A stretch of DNA of 28,700 nucleotides from an uncultured Eubacteriales bacterium. GTDB taxonomy: Bacteria > Bacillota > Clostridia > TANB77 > RGIG9151. Location of the stretch: NCBI GenBank assembly GCA_964475435.1, contig CAYYWT010000004.1, positions 1 through 28,700 on the forward strand, given 5' to 3'. Positions 6,663 through 15,028 of this stretch are shown here, piece after piece. The notes beneath the pieces are model-generated. The model was not told the origin of the DNA, made no database searches, and worked only from the letters and a program-made list of their open reading frames with translations. The position numbers and the translations under genes are program-made. Positions within the stretch are counted from its first letter, which is position 1, and each line of letters begins with the position of its first letter.

Positions 6663-8435
6663 ATGCAGAAAAAGAAAAAAATAATAATTATCGGAGTGGC
6701 AGTTTTAGTACTAATCGGAGGTGTGGTTTTAGCTTTTTCCAAAGGCGGTAACACAACAAAGACTGTTATAACCAAAGTAACAGCTCAAAAAGGCAACATC
6801 AGTAATACAATAAGCGGTTCAGGTACGGTAAATCCAATAGAAGATTATACCATAGTAACAACTGTAACCGGGGAAATATTGTCAGATAACGTAGAGATAG
6901 GTCAAGAGTATAAAAAAGGTGATTTATTATATGTAATAGACAATACAGATGCAAAAAATAACATCACCAAAGCTCAAAATTCACTAGAAAAGCAAAAAAT
7001 GTCGTATGAACAAGCAACTGACAGCGTAAATAACTTAACGCTAAAAGCTCCGTTTTCAGGCAGAATATCAAACTTATATGTCGAAGAAGGAGATAGCATA
7101 AACAACGGAACAAAAATAGCTGATTTAGTTGATTCAGATACGCTTACAGTGAAATTACCGTTTTTAGCAACAGATGCTAAGTACATAAACAAAGGGAATA
7201 TAGCAAGAGTATATTTAGAGCTTTTAGGAGAAGAAATAGAAGGAACAGTTGAAAATGTATCAACAGGAAAATATACAAATTCTTACGGTGCCATAGTTAC
7301 AGATATAGAGATAAGTTTTAAGAATCCCGGTAACTTAGTAACCGGCGAATTAGTATCTGCGACTGTTGGAAATTATGCTTGTAATTCAACAGGAACAGCG
7401 AATTATAAAAATGAAACAGTTTTGACATCAAAAACGTCCGGAACTATTGAAAAACTTAATTTTTCTAACGGAGATATAGTAAATAATAATGATGTAATAC
7501 TAACAATAGAAAATGACTCAACATTACTTAATAAAAAATCGGCTCAGTTATCTTTAAGTGAGGCGCAGATTTCTTTAGAAGAAGCCAATGAAGCATATAA
7601 TGACTGTACAGTAACAAGTCCGATAGATGGTACGGTTACATATAAGTACTATAAAGCCGGAGATGAGCTTACAAGAACAGAATCAACGACACTGGCTGTT
7701 ATTGCGGATATGAGTAAATTATCTTTTGAAATGAGTATTGATGAGTTAGATATAAAAAGCATAAAACTTGGACAAAAAGTTATTGTTACAGCAGACGCTT
7801 TAACGGGGCAAGAATTTGAAGGAGAGATTACCAATATAAGTATTGTAGGCTCAGCGTCAAGCGGAGTTACAACTTATCCGGTTACAGTAGTTATATCTGA
7901 TTATGACGGATTATTACCGGGAATGAATGTAACTGCTGAAATTGTATCAGAAGAAGTTACTGATGTAGTTATGGTTCCTACTTCTGCTGTTTCACGTGGA
8001 GATGTTGTATTAGTTAAAGAAGATTATGCTAATTCTTTAGAAGTAAATAAGAATAAAACAACTGATGAGAATTCAGAAAATCAGAAGAACAAAACTACAC
8101 TACCGGGAGAAATCGTTGAAATGAGAAACACTCCTGAGGGGTATAAATACATAAAAGTTACAACAGGCCTTAGCAGTTCGGATTATATAGAAATAAAAGA
8201 GGGACTTAGCGAAGGAGCTGAGGTATATGTTATTTCTACCGTAACTGAAGGCGGAACGAGTTCATCATCTTCAAATGGTAGTAGTGGAATGATGTCAATG
8301 CCTATGGGCGGAGGAGCTTCAATGGGTTCGATGCCTATGGGAGATATGGGAGGCGGTAGTTTCCCTGGTGGAGGAGGTAATTTCTCCGGTGGCGGTCAAG
8401 GAGGAAATAGAGGCGGAATGCCGGGAGGTAGATAA
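6663..8435 (+). CDS. HlyD/MacA-type efflux periplasmic adaptor with a Gly/Met/Ser-rich C-terminal tail
   Basis: N-terminal TM anchor, lipoyl-like and beta-barrel segments (GDLLYVID, SPIDGTV, GQKVIVTADAL, LLPGMNV), and position ahead of a MacB-type ATPase and permease. Tail from 8250 onward. Confidence 0.9.
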   Translation: MQKKKKIIIIGVAVLVLIGGVVLAFSKGGNTTKTVITKVTAQKGNISNTISGSGTVNPIEDYTIVTTVTGEILSDNVEIGQEYKKGDLLYVIDNTDAKNNITKAQNSLEKQKMSYEQATDSVNNLTLKAPFSGRISNLYVEEGDSINNGTKIADLVDSDTLTVKLPFLATDAKYINKGNIARVYLELLGEEIEGTVENVSTGKYTNSYGAIVTDIEISFKNPGNLVTGELVSATVGNYACNSTGTANYKNETVLTSKTSGTIEKLNFSNGDIVNNNDVILTIENDSTLLNKKSAQLSLSEAQISLEEANEAYNDCTVTSPIDGTVTYKYYKAGDELTRTESTTLAVIADMSKLSFEMSIDELDIKSIKLGQKVIVTADALTGQEFEGEITNISIVGSASSGVTTYPVTVVISDYDGLLPGMNVTAEIVSEEVTDVVMVPTSAVSRGDVVLVKEDYANSLEVNKNKTTDENSENQKNKTTLPGEIVEMRNTPEGYKYIKVTTGLSSSDYIEIKEGLSEGAEVYVISTVTEGGTSSSSSNGSSGMMSMPMGGGASMGSMPMGDMGGGSFPGGGGNFSGGGQGGNRGGMPGGR

Positions 8436-8438
8436 CAT

Positions 8439-9113
8439 ATGATAGAATTTAGACATATTTACAAGATTTATCATGTCGGAGATAGTGAAGTAAGAGCGGT
8501 AGATGATATATCTTTTAAAATAGAAAAAGGTGAATTTGTTGCAATAGTTGGTCAGTCCGGTTCCGGTAAGTCTACTTGTATGAATATAATCGGAGCTTTA
8601 GACGTTCCAACTAGTGGTGAATATCTATTAAACGGAAAAGACGTAAGTCATTATACGGATAATCAATTAGCGGAAATGAGGAATGAGACATTAGGTTTTA
8701 TATTTCAACAATATAACTTAATTGCAAAGCTTAATGTATATGAGAATGTAGAATTGCCTTTGCTTTATAGAAATATGAATGCAGAGGAAAGGAAAAAAAG
8801 AGTATTGGAATCATTGGAGAAAGTTGGATTAAAAGAGAGAGTTCACCATATGCCTAACCAACTTTCAGGTGGTCAACAACAAAGGGTTTCAATAGCAAGG
8901 GCTCTTGCTACTCATCCTTCTATAATACTTGCCGATGAACCGACAGGAGCATTGGATTCGAAAACCGGTCGTGAAGTTCTACAATTTTTAAAACAACTAA
9001 ATGAAGAAGGAAACACTATTGTCTTAATTACTCACGACTTAGGTATTGCCGCTGAGGCAAAAAGAATTATAAGAATTCAAGATGGAAAAGTAATTAGTGA
9101 TGAATGTTCTTAA
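8439..9113 (+). CDS. ABC transporter ATP-binding protein (MacB/YknY type)
   Basis: Walker A GQSGSGKST, signature LSGGQQQRV, Walker B ILADEPTGALD, H-loop ITHD. Confidence 0.95.
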   Translation: MIEFRHIYKIYHVGDSEVRAVDDISFKIEKGEFVAIVGQSGSGKSTCMNIIGALDVPTSGEYLLNGKDVSHYTDNQLAEMRNETLGFIFQQYNLIAKLNVYENVELPLLYRNMNAEERKKRVLESLEKVGLKERVHHMPNQLSGGQQQRVSIARALATHPSIILADEPTGALDSKTGREVLQFLKQLNEEGNTIVLITHDLGIAAEAKRIIRIQDGKVISDECS

Positions 9114-9135
9114 AAATTAGGAAAGGAAAAAGTAT

Positions 9136-10311
9136 ATGAACGTAAAACAATCATTTAAATTGGCTATAAAAAGCATTTTAACAAGTAAGTTTAGGTCATT
9201 TTTAACTATGCTCGGAATTATAATCGGTGTAGCTGCGGTTATTGTACTGGTAAGCTTGGTAGACGGCTTTTCTAAGGATATGACTTCTTCATTTGAATCT
9301 CTTGGAACTAATTTAATAACGGTAAGTGTTATGGGGCGAGGAAGCAATACAAAGATTACTCCGACAGATATGATGAATTTCGCAAGTGAAAATGATGATG
9401 TTATATCTGCGGTTTCTCCGCTTGTTACTGTATCGGCCACGATAAAGCACGGCAGTGAAAATTTAACTTCTACTGTATATGGTGCAAGTGAATATTATGA
9501 TACTATAAAAAGTTATGAAATAGAGAGTGGAAGATTTATTCAGTATATAGATATTGAAAAACGTCAAAAGGTTTGCGTTATAGGAAAGTACATAGCGAAT
9601 GAATTATTCCCAAGTGGTGAAATTATTGGAGAAGATATAAAGATAAATGGCGAGAAATATACCGTTGTTGGGGTTATTAAAGCTAAACAAGATGCTGAAG
9701 AGGGAGGAGCTGATGATATGTTGGTTATCCCATATACTACAGCATCAAGATTATCTCGAATGGCATCAGTTTCGAGTTATAGCTTTAGTGCGACTGATAA
9801 AGATAGTGTTAGTGAGGCACAAAATAAGATAGAAACATATTTATTTAGTGTATTTGGTAATACGAATTATTATAATGTGTACAATCAAGCTGACTCACTT
9901 GAACAAATTAACGAACTTTCAAGTACTTTAACTTTAGTTTTAGTTGGAGTTGCAGGGATATCTTTATTAGTTGGTGGTATAGGAATTATGAACATAATGC
10001 TTGTATCTGTTACGGAAAGGACTAGGGAAATAGGTATAAGAAAGTCTTTAGGCGGTAAACGTAGGGATATTTTGTTACAGTTCGTAATTGAAGCCGGAAC
10101 TACAAGTGCGTTGGGTGGAGTTTTAGGAATTGTATTTGGTTGTGTAGTAGCTTCTTTTGCAGGTAAATTATTGGATATGACGACGGTTATATCAGTTAAT
10201 GCGATTGTAATTGCGTTTTCTGTATCGGTTGGAATCGGAATTATATTCGGATATTTTCCGGCGGCTAAAGCGTCAAAACTTAATCCGATAGATGCGTTAA
10301 GACATGATTAG
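9136..10311 (+). CDS. ABC transporter permease, MacB periplasmic domain plus FtsX domain
   Basis: N-terminal TM helix, large extracytoplasmic domain, and C-terminal FtsX-type helices with RTREIGIRKSLGG and PAAKASKLNPIDALR. Confidence 0.93.
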   Translation: MNVKQSFKLAIKSILTSKFRSFLTMLGIIIGVAAVIVLVSLVDGFSKDMTSSFESLGTNLITVSVMGRGSNTKITPTDMMNFASENDDVISAVSPLVTVSATIKHGSENLTSTVYGASEYYDTIKSYEIESGRFIQYIDIEKRQKVCVIGKYIANELFPSGEIIGEDIKINGEKYTVVGVIKAKQDAEEGGADDMLVIPYTTASRLSRMASVSSYSFSATDKDSVSEAQNKIETYLFSVFGNTNYYNVYNQADSLEQINELSSTLTLVLVGVAGISLLVGGIGIMNIMLVSVTERTREIGIRKSLGGKRRDILLQFVIEAGTTSALGGVLGIVFGCVVASFAGKLLDMTTVISVNAIVIAFSVSVGIGIIFGYFPAAKASKLNPIDALRHD

Positions 10312-10341
10312 AAAGTATATTTTAGAGAGGAATGATTATAA

Positions 10342-12171
10342 GTGAAGAAGATATTTATTATGTTATTGACTTTTGCAATGTTTACTAATTTTTCTTTTGC
10401 CGAGAACATATCAAAAGACGATGTTTCGCTTATATTAAGCGGAATGGAGATAATAGACGGTACTAATGAAACTGATAATACTATTACAAGAAAGGAACTT
10501 GCAAAGCTTTTAGTAAAAGCGTCAACGAATGCAACACTTGCTAATGCGACAAACAGAATTTCTGTATTTGCTGATGTACCGTATAATTTTGAAGATGCCG
10601 GATATATAAGATTGGCAGCATTAAACGGGTATTTAACAGCATATTCTGATGGCGAATTTAAGCCGTTTAATGTAGTAAAAAATGAAGAGGCTGTGACTGC
10701 TACGTTAAAATTATTGGGATATACCAATAAAGATTTTACTCAGTCATATCCGTATGAGCAATTGTCTATTGCTAAAGATATAGGACTTACAGACGGAGTA
10801 GATACTACGATAGGAAGTAATGTTACAAGAGAAAATTTATATAGATTAATATATAATGCATTATCTTGTAATTCTAAATCTACCGGTAAAAAATATATAG
10901 AAACATTAGGCTATACTTTGACATCTTCAACAGTAGCTTTAGGAGATGTTATGTCGAAAAATATAGAAGGCCCTATTACGTATGTTGATAGTAGTATATA
11001 CGATTTAACAGGGTTATATAGTCCAACAGTTTATATAAATGGCGAAAAAAGTGATGTGGAGGATTTAGAGCGTTATGACGTTTTATATTATAGCCAAAAC
11101 AGTAACGCTATTTGGGCGTATAGGGAAAAAGTAACGGGAATGGTTGAAGTGATTTCTCCAAACAAGGAAGCTCCGACATCCGTAACTATTTCCGGTAAAA
11201 CATACAAATTGTCTACATATTCTGCCCAAAAAGCTTTTGGTGTATCGGGAATTAGCTTAGGAAATATGGTTACTGTTTTATTGGATAGAAATAGTGAAAT
11301 ATCTGATGTTTATAAAACGGAAGATTTATACTTTGAACAAGTCGGAGTAATATTATCTACCGGTAAAAAAGAAAAGATGCAAACTGATGGAAATACTAAG
11401 GTTACATATTATGCTACGGTATTACTTTCAACAGGAGAGACAATGGATGTTTCAACGAATACAAATTACAGTAAGAAGGTAGGATATACAGCTAAAGTTT
11501 CCTATAAAAACGGTAAAGTTTCAATATATTCTACAAGTAAGACAACTGATATTTCGGGTTTATTTGATTTAGAAAATAAGACGATAGGAAGTAAGAATAA
11601 GATAAGTGATAAAATAAAGATATTGGAAGTTGATGAGTTTGGTAATACTGAAAAAATATATTCCAATAGATTAAATGGAGTTTACTTAAATAAGGAAGAT
11701 GTTGCCTTGGTTACTAAAAACAGTAAAGGCGAAATAGAGAGTATGATAATAAAAGATGTTACCGGAGATACGGCGAAATATGGAATCTTGGAAAGTATAA
11801 ATGAAAGACAAGATAGTGAATCATATACTTGTATAGTCGATGGTAATTCTACAACTTATTCAAATAATGAGATTTCGTTTTCAGTAGATAAAGGACCGGT
11901 TCAGATATATTTAGATGGTCAATCTTTAGGAAAGATTAAGAATTTAGAAAAGGTTGAGGGAAGTATTGTAAATGTAAATAATTCATATGCTGAAAATTCA
12001 AAAGGCGAAAAACTTAAAGTTTCGAGTGATGTAGTGGTTTACGTTAGAGTTAATTCGGAATATAACTTGTCTACAATGGATGAGGCTATGAGTGGAGAAT
12101 ATAATGTTTCTGCATATTACGATAAAACCGAGAGAAACGGTGGAGCTATAAGATTGATTATAATTTCATAA
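10342..12171 (+). CDS. S-layer homology (SLH) domain cell-wall-associated protein
   Basis: GTG start, signal peptide MKKIFIMLLTFAMFTNFSFA, SLH-like segments (ITRKELAKLLVKA; FADVP...GYIRLAALNGYLTAYSDGEFKP). The remainder is unassigned. Confidence 0.85.
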   Translation: MKKIFIMLLTFAMFTNFSFAENISKDDVSLILSGMEIIDGTNETDNTITRKELAKLLVKASTNATLANATNRISVFADVPYNFEDAGYIRLAALNGYLTAYSDGEFKPFNVVKNEEAVTATLKLLGYTNKDFTQSYPYEQLSIAKDIGLTDGVDTTIGSNVTRENLYRLIYNALSCNSKSTGKKYIETLGYTLTSSTVALGDVMSKNIEGPITYVDSSIYDLTGLYSPTVYINGEKSDVEDLERYDVLYYSQNSNAIWAYREKVTGMVEVISPNKEAPTSVTISGKTYKLSTYSAQKAFGVSGISLGNMVTVLLDRNSEISDVYKTEDLYFEQVGVILSTGKKEKMQTDGNTKVTYYATVLLSTGETMDVSTNTNYSKKVGYTAKVSYKNGKVSIYSTSKTTDISGLFDLENKTIGSKNKISDKIKILEVDEFGNTEKIYSNRLNGVYLNKEDVALVTKNSKGEIESMIIKDVTGDTAKYGILESINERQDSESYTCIVDGNSTTYSNNEISFSVDKGPVQIYLDGQSLGKIKNLEKVEGSIVNVNNSYAENSKGEKLKVSSDVVVYVRVNSEYNLSTMDEAMSGEYNVSAYYDKTERNGGAIRLIIIS

Positions 12172-12172
12172 A

Positions 12173-12402
12173 AGAGGTTGTAAAAAACTTGTTTATTATT
12201 TGAATAAAGCGGTGTACTATACCAAGAGAGACAAAAATTGCTTTTTTGTCCCTCTATGTAAAACACATTTTAAAGGTGCCCAGGATGTGAGCGTAAGCTC
12301 CGTTCCGTCCTTTAACTTAGCACTACACTTTCCACAAAAAATATTTTTGTTGAGCGAGGTATAGTACACCGCTTTATAAATTTTATGTTTTTTACAATCT
12401 CT
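12173..12402 (-). ncRNA. copy 1 of a ~230-nt structured intergenic repeat (candidate ncRNA or MITE-like element)
   Basis: Outer stem AGAGGTTGTAAAAAAC (12173-12188) / GTTTTTTACAATCTCT (12387-12402). 18-bp P2 12206-12223 / 12358-12375. Invariant core 12277-12308. Strand inferred from G-U versus A-C asymmetry. Confidence 0.6.
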
Positions 12403-12487
12403 TTTTTGCAATCCTATTACACTTTTATTATGAAATTTGTAAAATTTGCCGATAAACTTTATGCATTTTGTAGAATGGAGGAAGATT

Positions 12488-13660
12488 ATGGAGAATTTTA
12501 CGATTTTTTTGGATTTGGCTATAATTTTATTTTTTGCAAAGCTTTTTGGATTATTGGCAAATAAGATCGGTATACCGTCGGTAGTAGGAGAAATTGTTGC
12601 GGGTATAATTATTGGCCCAACTGTATTAAATTTTGTTGGCCCGAGTGATTTTTTGATTGAGATGGCGGAAATTGGTGTTATTTTGTTGATGTTTTTGGCG
12701 GGGCTTGAAACTGATTTAAATGAATTAAAGAAAGTTGGATGGACTTCGGCGTTAATTGCCGTGTTTGGAGTAATGTTGCCACTGATTGGAGGAGCTTGGT
12801 TATATATTGAATTTTATAAAGTTCCTTTTTATGATAGCGTTGAATTATTAAAAGCTGTATTTTTAGGCTGCGTATTGACTGCGACTTCTGTTAGCATAAC
12901 TGTTCAAGTTTTAAGAGAAATGGGAAAACTTAGAGGTAAGACGGGTACTGCTATTATGGGAGCAGCTATAATTGACGATGTTATCGGAATTGTACTTTTG
13001 ACATTTATTTTGGGAATAAGAGATTCATCAGTTTCGCCTGTAAATGTTATATTAAAAACAATGTTGTTCTTTGGCTTTGCTCTTGTTATTGGGCTTATTG
13101 CGTATTATGTTTTTAGAAAGATAAGTGATTTCTTTCCTAGAACTAGAAGAATACCGATAGCCGGATTAGCACTATGTTTTTTACTTTCCTATATTGCGGA
13201 AGTATGGTTTGGAGTAGCGGATATTACTGGAGCGTATATTGCCGGAATAATTTTGTGTAATATTCGTGATGCTAAGTTTATTGCGAATAAGCTTGATGTT
13301 AATTTATATATGCTTTTTGGACCGATATTTTTTACCAGCATTGGTTTTAAAACAGAGATTTCGTCTATTAGCAAAGATATGTTGATTTTTTCGGTTTTGT
13401 TTGTTTTAATTGCTTGTATTACAAAAATTATCGGGTGTGGGTTGGCGGCTAAAGTATGCAGGTTTAGTTGGAAAGATTCGCTAAAAGTCGGAGTCGGTAT
13501 GATGAATAGGGGCGAAGTTGCTTTAATTATTGCTCAAAAGGGAGTGGCTACCGGTTTGCTTGATCCTGTGTTTTTTACCCCGGTTGTTTTAATGATTTTA
13601 TTTGCTGCGATTATTACTCCGATAGGGCTAAAATTGTTATATAACGGAGAAAAAGCGTGA
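12488..13660 (+). CDS. cation:proton antiporter (CPA2 / Kef-NapA type)
   Basis: Polytopic membrane protein beginning MENFTIFLDLAIILFFAKLFG...PSVVGEIVAGIIIGP, with LMFLAGLETDL, typical of Na_H_Exchanger proteins. The ATG at 12488 has GGAGG upstream; the ORF-track start at 12446 does not. Confidence 0.9.
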   Translation: MENFTIFLDLAIILFFAKLFGLLANKIGIPSVVGEIVAGIIIGPTVLNFVGPSDFLIEMAEIGVILLMFLAGLETDLNELKKVGWTSALIAVFGVMLPLIGGAWLYIEFYKVPFYDSVELLKAVFLGCVLTATSVSITVQVLREMGKLRGKTGTAIMGAAIIDDVIGIVLLTFILGIRDSSVSPVNVILKTMLFFGFALVIGLIAYYVFRKISDFFPRTRRIPIAGLALCFLLSYIAEVWFGVADITGAYIAGIILCNIRDAKFIANKLDVNLYMLFGPIFFTSIGFKTEISSISKDMLIFSVLFVLIACITKIIGCGLAAKVCRFSWKDSLKVGVGMMNRGEVALIIAQKGVATGLLDPVFFTPVVLMILFAAIITPIGLKLLYNGEKA

Positions 13661-13682
13661 GTAGGTTTTATAAAAAATTAAT

Positions 13683-13923
13683 AAAAGGAGCTGTAAAAAT
13701 ACTCGTTTATCATTTTAATAATGTATTGTACTGTACCAAGTGAAACAAAAATTGCTTTTTTTGTCTCTCTATGTAGAACATATTTTAAAGGTGCCCAGGA
13801 TGTGAGCGTAAGCTCCGTTCCGTCCTTTAACTTAGTACTACACTTTCCACAAAAAATATTTTTGTAGAACGAGGTACAGCACAATACATTATGAATTTTA
13901 TGAGTATTTTTACAGCTCCTTTT
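13683..13923 (-). ncRNA. copy 2 of the structured intergenic repeat
   Basis: Perfect 22-bp outer stem 13683-13704 / 13902-13923, P2 13720-13737 / 13872-13889, invariant core 13792-13823. On the - strand it starts 9 nt after the stop of the 13933-14517 gene. Confidence 0.6.
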
Positions 13924-13932
13924 TCAACCTCA

Positions 13933-14517
13933 TTAAACGCCTTTTATTATCTTTATCCTTTCTTCTAAATATATCTTTTTTAAATTCGGACCTGTAATTA
14001 CAGGTTCTATTCCTTTTTCTGCGACTTCTTTGTATACTCTTTCAGTTGCATGTTCCGTTGCTGGGTGTATAAAATGGTTTTCTTTACTTTTCCATTTTGT
14101 AATTGCGTTTTCCCAGTAACTAAGTTGGTATTCTTTAGTCCAAGTATCCTTTTTATAATTCATTCCTGCGGATAAAGTATCACATAATAGCTCAACCCAA
14201 TAATTATATGGCATTAATTTTGCTCCACAAGGTTCTTTGGGATCAATCCAATATTCCAGATGATGTTTGTTGTGTTTTATATGGTGATTCCAAGCGTTGG
14301 AATAGCCTTTTTCCTTTTTGCAAGCTAAAATTGGGCTTTGCGTACCGCCGGTATAGTAGTGGATTGATTCGAAAAGTTCAGCCGGAGAGAATTTAGATAA
14401 GTCGTGTGTAATTCCTTGAAATGGGATGCCTGCTTGCTTTGCCAGGTTAAATACCAGCTTTTTATGGGCAAGTACAGTTTTGATATGGGAAGATGCTTTA
14501 AAGAAGAAGTTGTTCAT
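13933..14517 (-). CDS. hypothetical protein with His-rich HD-like motifs (resembles the DUF5662 family)
   Basis: ITHDLSKFSP...SPI...NAWNHHIKHNKHHLEYW motif block. Start placed at the ATG at 14517 (MNNFFFK), which has GGAGG 5 nt upstream. The family name is from memory and unverified. Confidence 0.8.
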   Translation of the reverse strand: MNNFFFKASSHIKTVLAHKKLVFNLAKQAGIPFQGITHDLSKFSPAELFESIHYYTGGTQSPILACKKEKGYSNAWNHHIKHNKHHLEYWIDPKEPCGAKLMPYNYWVELLCDTLSAGMNYKKDTWTKEYQLSYWENAITKWKSKENHFIHPATEHATERVYKEVAEKGIEPVITGPNLKKIYLEERIKIIKGV

Positions 14518-14582
14518 TTTTGCCTCCAAAAACTTATATAAAACAAATTATATAATAGATATTATGAAAAAATACAAGCAAT

Positions 14583-14611
14583 ATTCTAACATTTTGTATA
14601 CATAATGTCAA
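14583..14611 (-). promoter_or_regulatory. near-consensus promoter for the 13933-14517 gene
   Basis: On the - strand: TTGACA (14606-14611), 17-nt spacer, TGtTAGAAT extended -10 (TAGAAT = 14583-14588). Confidence 0.6.
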
Positions 14612-14661
14612 GAAATGGCTTTGAAAAGTAAAGTTTATAAGTGAAAATGTGAAAAAATCTC

Positions 14662-14690
14662 TTGTATATTTTTTTCGACTGTGGTATGAT
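14662..14690 (+). promoter_or_regulatory. promoter for secG-rnr
   Basis: TTGTAT (14662-14667), 17-nt spacer, TGgTATGAT extended -10 (14682-14690). Confidence 0.6.
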
Positions 14691-14732
14691 AATAAAGTTG
14701 ATGAGTATAATAATTTGGAGGTCGAAATAATT

Positions 14733-14972
14733 ATGGTAAAAACAATATTGTTAGTTTTACACGTTATCGTATGTTTATCTCTTATCTTAATAGTTATTCT
14801 TCAATCTGGAAGAAGTGCTGGTATTTCCGGAGAAATTGCCGGTGGTGCTGAAACGTTTTTTGGTAAGAATAAAGCTAGAACGTTAAATGGAATGCTTGGA
14901 AGATGGACTACTTATGCTGCTATTATTTTTGTTATTACTTCTTTAGCGTTAACTATTTTTTGGAATGCTTAA
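14733..14972 (+). CDS. secG: preprotein translocase subunit SecG
   Basis: 79 aa, two TM helices flanking LQSGRSAGISGEIAGGAETFFG. GGAGG upstream of the ATG at 14733. The ORF-track N-terminal extension is rejected. Conserved secG-rnr neighbourhood. Confidence 0.9.
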   Translation: MVKTILLVLHVIVCLSLILIVILQSGRSAGISGEIAGGAETFFGKNKARTLNGMLGRWTTYAAIIFVITSLALTIFWNA

Positions 14973-15028
14973 TTTTTGATGCAAAAGGGCCTTATTATAG
15001 GCTCTTTTCTATTTTTGGAGGTTAAAAT

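Noticed and set aside
12173-12402. Copy 1 as a riboswitch or leader of the antiporter gene (read on the + strand it sits in the 5' region and ends in a hairpin plus T-run)
   Set aside because: The other two copies are not in 5' UTRs on that strand, and the wobble-pair asymmetry favours the opposite strand. No known riboswitch core (ydaO, ykkC, Mn, Mg, NiCo, fluoride) is recognisable.
12217-12411. 64-aa and 68-aa ORFs (12217-12411 and 13678-13884, - strand) sharing KNIFCGKC...GTELTLTSWAPLK, with an equivalent unlisted frame in copy 3
   Set aside because: They lie entirely within the repeat element and start at TTG codons with no RBS. Copy 2 has a 1-nt indel that shifts the C-terminal frame. 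Five of six nucleotide differences between copies 1 and 3 in the shared frame are non-synonymous, and they coincide with compensatory changes in helices. The amino-acid similarity is therefore a by-product of nucleotide conservation.
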